A stretch of DNA of 64,000 nt. It comes from Malacoraja senta. Taxonomy: Eukaryota. The notes beneath the pieces were generated by a model, which was given only the letters and a program-made list of their open reading frames with translations, was not told the origin of the DNA and made no database searches. Below, in pieces: positions 60,709 to 64,000 of the stretch. The stretch's first letter is position 1. Each line of letters begins with the position of its first letter. A program made the translations under genes and the position numbers. The DNA is taken from contig CM075978.1 of assembly GCA_038087875.1 (NCBI GenBank), positions 108,066,001 to 108,130,000 on the forward strand. The letters are read 5' to 3'.

Positions 60709-62156
60709 GATATACCCGTCCACTGATACTCTCCTCCGCCTAGCGGAGTTGGTCCTTACCCTCAATAACTTCTCGTTTGACCCCTCCCATTTCCTCCAAA
60801 TACAAGGTGTAGCTATGGGCCCCAGCTATGCCTGCCTCTTTGGTACATCGAACAATCCTTGTTCGAGGCGTACCAGGGCCCCATCCCCGACCTCTACCTC
60901 CGCTACATCGACGATTGCTTTGGTGCTACCTCCTGCACCCACACACAACTGACTGACTTCATCCGCTTCACCACTAACTTCCATCCGGCACTCAAATACA
61001 CCTGGACCATTTCCGACACTTCCCTACCATTTCTTGACCTCACTATCTCCATCGCAGGTGATAGACTTCTGACCAACATCCACTATAAACCCACTGACTC
61101 CCATGGCTATCTTGACTACTCTTCTTCCCACCCTGCTTCCTGTAAGGACTCCATCCCCTACTCCCAATTCCTCCGTCTACGCCGCATCTGCTCCAAGGAT
61201 GAGATGCTTCACACCAGGGCATCGGAAATGTCCTCATTCTTCAGGGAACGGGGGTCCCCCCCCCCCCCTACTATAGATGAGGCTCTCACCAGTGTCTCTT
61301 CCATACCCCGTAACACTGCTCTCTCTCCCCATCCCCCCACTCGTAACAAGGGCAGAGTCCCCCTAGTCCTCACCTTTCACCCCACTAGCCGTCACATACA
61401 ACAAATAGTCCTCCGTCATTTTCGCCACCTCTAACCTGACCCCACCACTCGCCACATCTTCCCATGTCCCCCCCTGTCTGCTTTCCGCAAAGACCGCTCC
61501 CTCTGTGACTCCCTGGTCAATTCTTCCCTTCCCTCCCGCACCACCTCCTCCCCGGGCACTTTCCCTTGCAACCGCAAGAGATGCTACACTTGTCGCTTTA
61601 CCTTCCCCCTCGACTCCATTCAAGGACCTAAGCAGTCATTCCAGGTGCGACAGAGGTTCACCTGCATCTCCTCCAACCTCATCTATTGCATCCGCTGCTC
61701 TAGGTGTCAGCTGATCTACATCAACAGGACCAAGCGTAGGCTTGGCAATTTGTTTTGCCAAACACCTCCGCATTAACCAACCTGATCCCCCGGTGGCTCA
61801 GCACTTCAACTCCCCCTCCCATTCCGAATCTGACCTCTCTGTCCTGGGTCTCCTTCATGGCCAGAGTGAGCACCACCGGAAATTGGAGGAGCAGCACCTC
61901 ATATTCTGCTTGGGCAGGCTGCACCCTAGCGGCATAAACATTTAATTCTCCAATTTTGGGTAGCTTTTGCTGTCTCCTCCCCTTCTCAACTCTCCCTCAG
62001 CCCTCGGGCTCCTCCTCTTCCTTTTTCCTTTCTTCCCCCCTCCCCCCCCACCCTACATCAGTCTGAAGAAGGGTTTCGGCCCGAAACGTTGCCTATTTCC
62101 TTCACTCCATTGATGCTGCTGCACCCGCTGAGTTTCTCCAGCACTTTTGTCTACCC
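60709..62156 (+). mobile_element. 5'-truncated Penelope-like element (Neptune-type): RT, Cys linker, GIY-YIG endonuclease, pLTR
   Basis: LTLNNFSF, QGVAMG, YLRYIDDCF, LPFLDL, YKPTD, SIPYSQFLRLRRICS; CNRKRCYTC linker; NLIYCIRCSRCQLIYI..TKRRL; frameshifts and stops. Confidence 0.9.
62058..62096 (+). ncRNA. Minimal type I hammerhead ribozyme motif in Penelope pLTR
   Basis: CTGAAGA (62063-69), stem II GGGT-TTCG-GCCC, GAAAC, palindromic ACGT; PLE pLTRs are known to carry minimal hammerheads. Confidence 0.65.
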
Positions 62157-64000
62157 ATGAACAGATACCGGTATACCAGAACCAAACACAGTCAATGAGA
62201 AAAAATATGTACAAATCTAGAATCAACAAATTTACCACCTGGGTAGGCGAAATTTAATTTACCCCAGATTGGGAACCCTTGCACTCATTCACCCCATCTA
62301 TTGAACTAACATCACACTGTAATAGTACCCACTGGATTGATTACTCCACTGGATTAATAGCTCCACTGGACCAACAGTACAACTGGATCCCCATCACTGA
62401 ATTAAACCACCAGATGAACCACTACTCTAGATCAACATCACAATTGTTCAACGTCAGCACTAGAGTAGCATCCACTGATTTAGTATCTCCACCAGATTGA
62501 CATCTCCACTGAATTAACCGTCACTGAATTCACACATACCTGTATATTGGAATAATGTCCACTGGAGTAATTCATACACTAGTTTTATGCATTAACTGGA
62601 TTAACATCTCTAATGTGTAAACATCTTTACTGGGATAACACTATATTGTTACCTCCAGAAGATTGATTCATGTGTTGGATCAGCATCTCCACTGGGTTCA
62701 CACCTTCAGTGGATTAACACCTACTGACTGGCATCTCCATAGACACACAAAGAACTGTTACATTGTTCCACATCCTGTTCTCGTTGTCTCACTCTCAGGC
62801 AGCATCTCTGGAGAAAAGTAATAGGTGACGCTTCGGGTCAAAACCCTTCATCAGACTCTCACAGTCAAGCTCCCTGTCCAACTGCCATCTTTCAGGTAAC
62901 TTTAATCATTTGGCTTCATAAACAAACTATGAGGAATAATTTTAATTGGAACATCCTGATGATACTTGCTGTGCAATGAGCAATCTATAAATAGGAAAAT
63001 GGGAGCAATTCCATTTGCAGATCCCATTCTTGCCATAGTTTTCTGTTTTCCGATCAACTCGAAGATGATTTATTCTGGGTTGTCTGAAATATGTTGCAAT
63101 AAAATAACTTATCTGTTCCAGCCAATTGTGGCTGCTTTTAAGAACATTCTTCAGGAAACCTCATGAGTCACACTATCTGAGATGTATTCATAATTCTGGT
63201 TCACAGTTTCTCAATCACTAACATCATGTGTGTGCTGTAAAGCTGTCCGTTTAGCTATTTGGCTGTGAAGATCAGGACCATTAATCTTTCTTGCAATATC
63301 GATAAATTAAGAATACTGTGAGCAAATATTTGTAGCAAAAATGGAAATTAATCTGCACATAAGGTTTGGAACTAACAGCCGTCTAGTCCCCTATTTCCTT
63401 GAAAAACAGAAGGAGACCAATTCTGTCCAGCAAGTCAATGCCGCCTCACAGAGAAATACCATTCTCAAAAGCATTTTACTGAGGCCAATTAACCTACCAA
63501 CCCCAGATTTTGGGGATGCCAAATGGCCTATCATTAAATGCTCTGTAATTCCAAGTGTTATGGGTGAAATTAACTGCAGCCTGAACAGCTTCTCTAAGGC
63601 ATCTACAGTTTCAGGACTTCCCAGCATGGCCTGTACATTTCTTCCCTCTAAACATGAACATTTTAACGCTTCCTCACTTCAAATTATCCTCAGGATCCAT
63701 TTTCCAGATTTGTTGCAGCTGCAGCATAGGTGTACCACGTTACTCAATGAGTATTCACGGGCCTGGATCAGTTCTAGAGTTCACGCCTTTTACTACGGCT
63801 AAGAATTCAAGTAACTGTGAAAGTTTTAAATTAAATGCTACTATCAATAAAGATGAGCACGCAACAATTGGAACAAAGCCCAGCTACTTCAGTATAGTTC
63901 ACTGTAAGAGATATCTCTTGCCTTTAGACAATCTAGCCCATATGTAACTCAAACCCTATTTTTGAAACTACCACCTTATTTGAGGGGCAACGGAGAATGG

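Larger units (their letters stand above)
60250..62730 (+). repeat. Degenerate ~17-20-bp repeat (CCACTGGATTAAC-like) on both sides of the Penelope insertion
   Basis: Recurrent ACTGGATTAA/CCACTGGA motifs at 60250-60640 and 62270-62730. Confidence 0.55.

Noticed and set aside
63341-63947. 153-aa and 97-aa ORFs at the window end
   Set aside because: No recognisable motifs; partly overlap an old SINE remnant.

Overview
Eukaryotic vertebrate genomic DNA, most likely a cartilaginous fish (skate/ray). This is inferred from HE1/V-type SINEs and the CR1, Rex1, Penelope and DIRS repertoire. The only host gene I can support is the 5' end of a thrombospondin-2-like gene on the minus strand: TATA promoter at ~59270, non-coding exon 1, signal-peptide exon, TSPN exon and next exon, 58776-57744. 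I found no further THBS2 exon in the 57.7 kb downstream, which holds three N gaps. The rest is transposon-dense. It includes a nested cluster of PIF/Harbinger-like MITEs (85-4291), two DIRS1-type tyrosine-recombinase retrotransposons (12209-15350 +, 19093-26099 -) with ITRs and internal complementary regions, and an L1>DIRS>L1 nest. There are also young CR1 and L2 copies, Rex1 3' ends, a Neptune-type Penelope element with dispersed hammerhead-ribozyme-bearing derivatives, many SINEs, and fossil and young minisatellites. Most notable: a coding-dead DIRS with essentially pristine cis-elements (candidate non-autonomous, trans-mobilised DIRS family), a shared ATTTTA crossover core at both DIRS insertion sites, the same TAA stop at the YxDD tyrosine in both DIRS copies, and mobile hammerhead mini-elements with TSDs.
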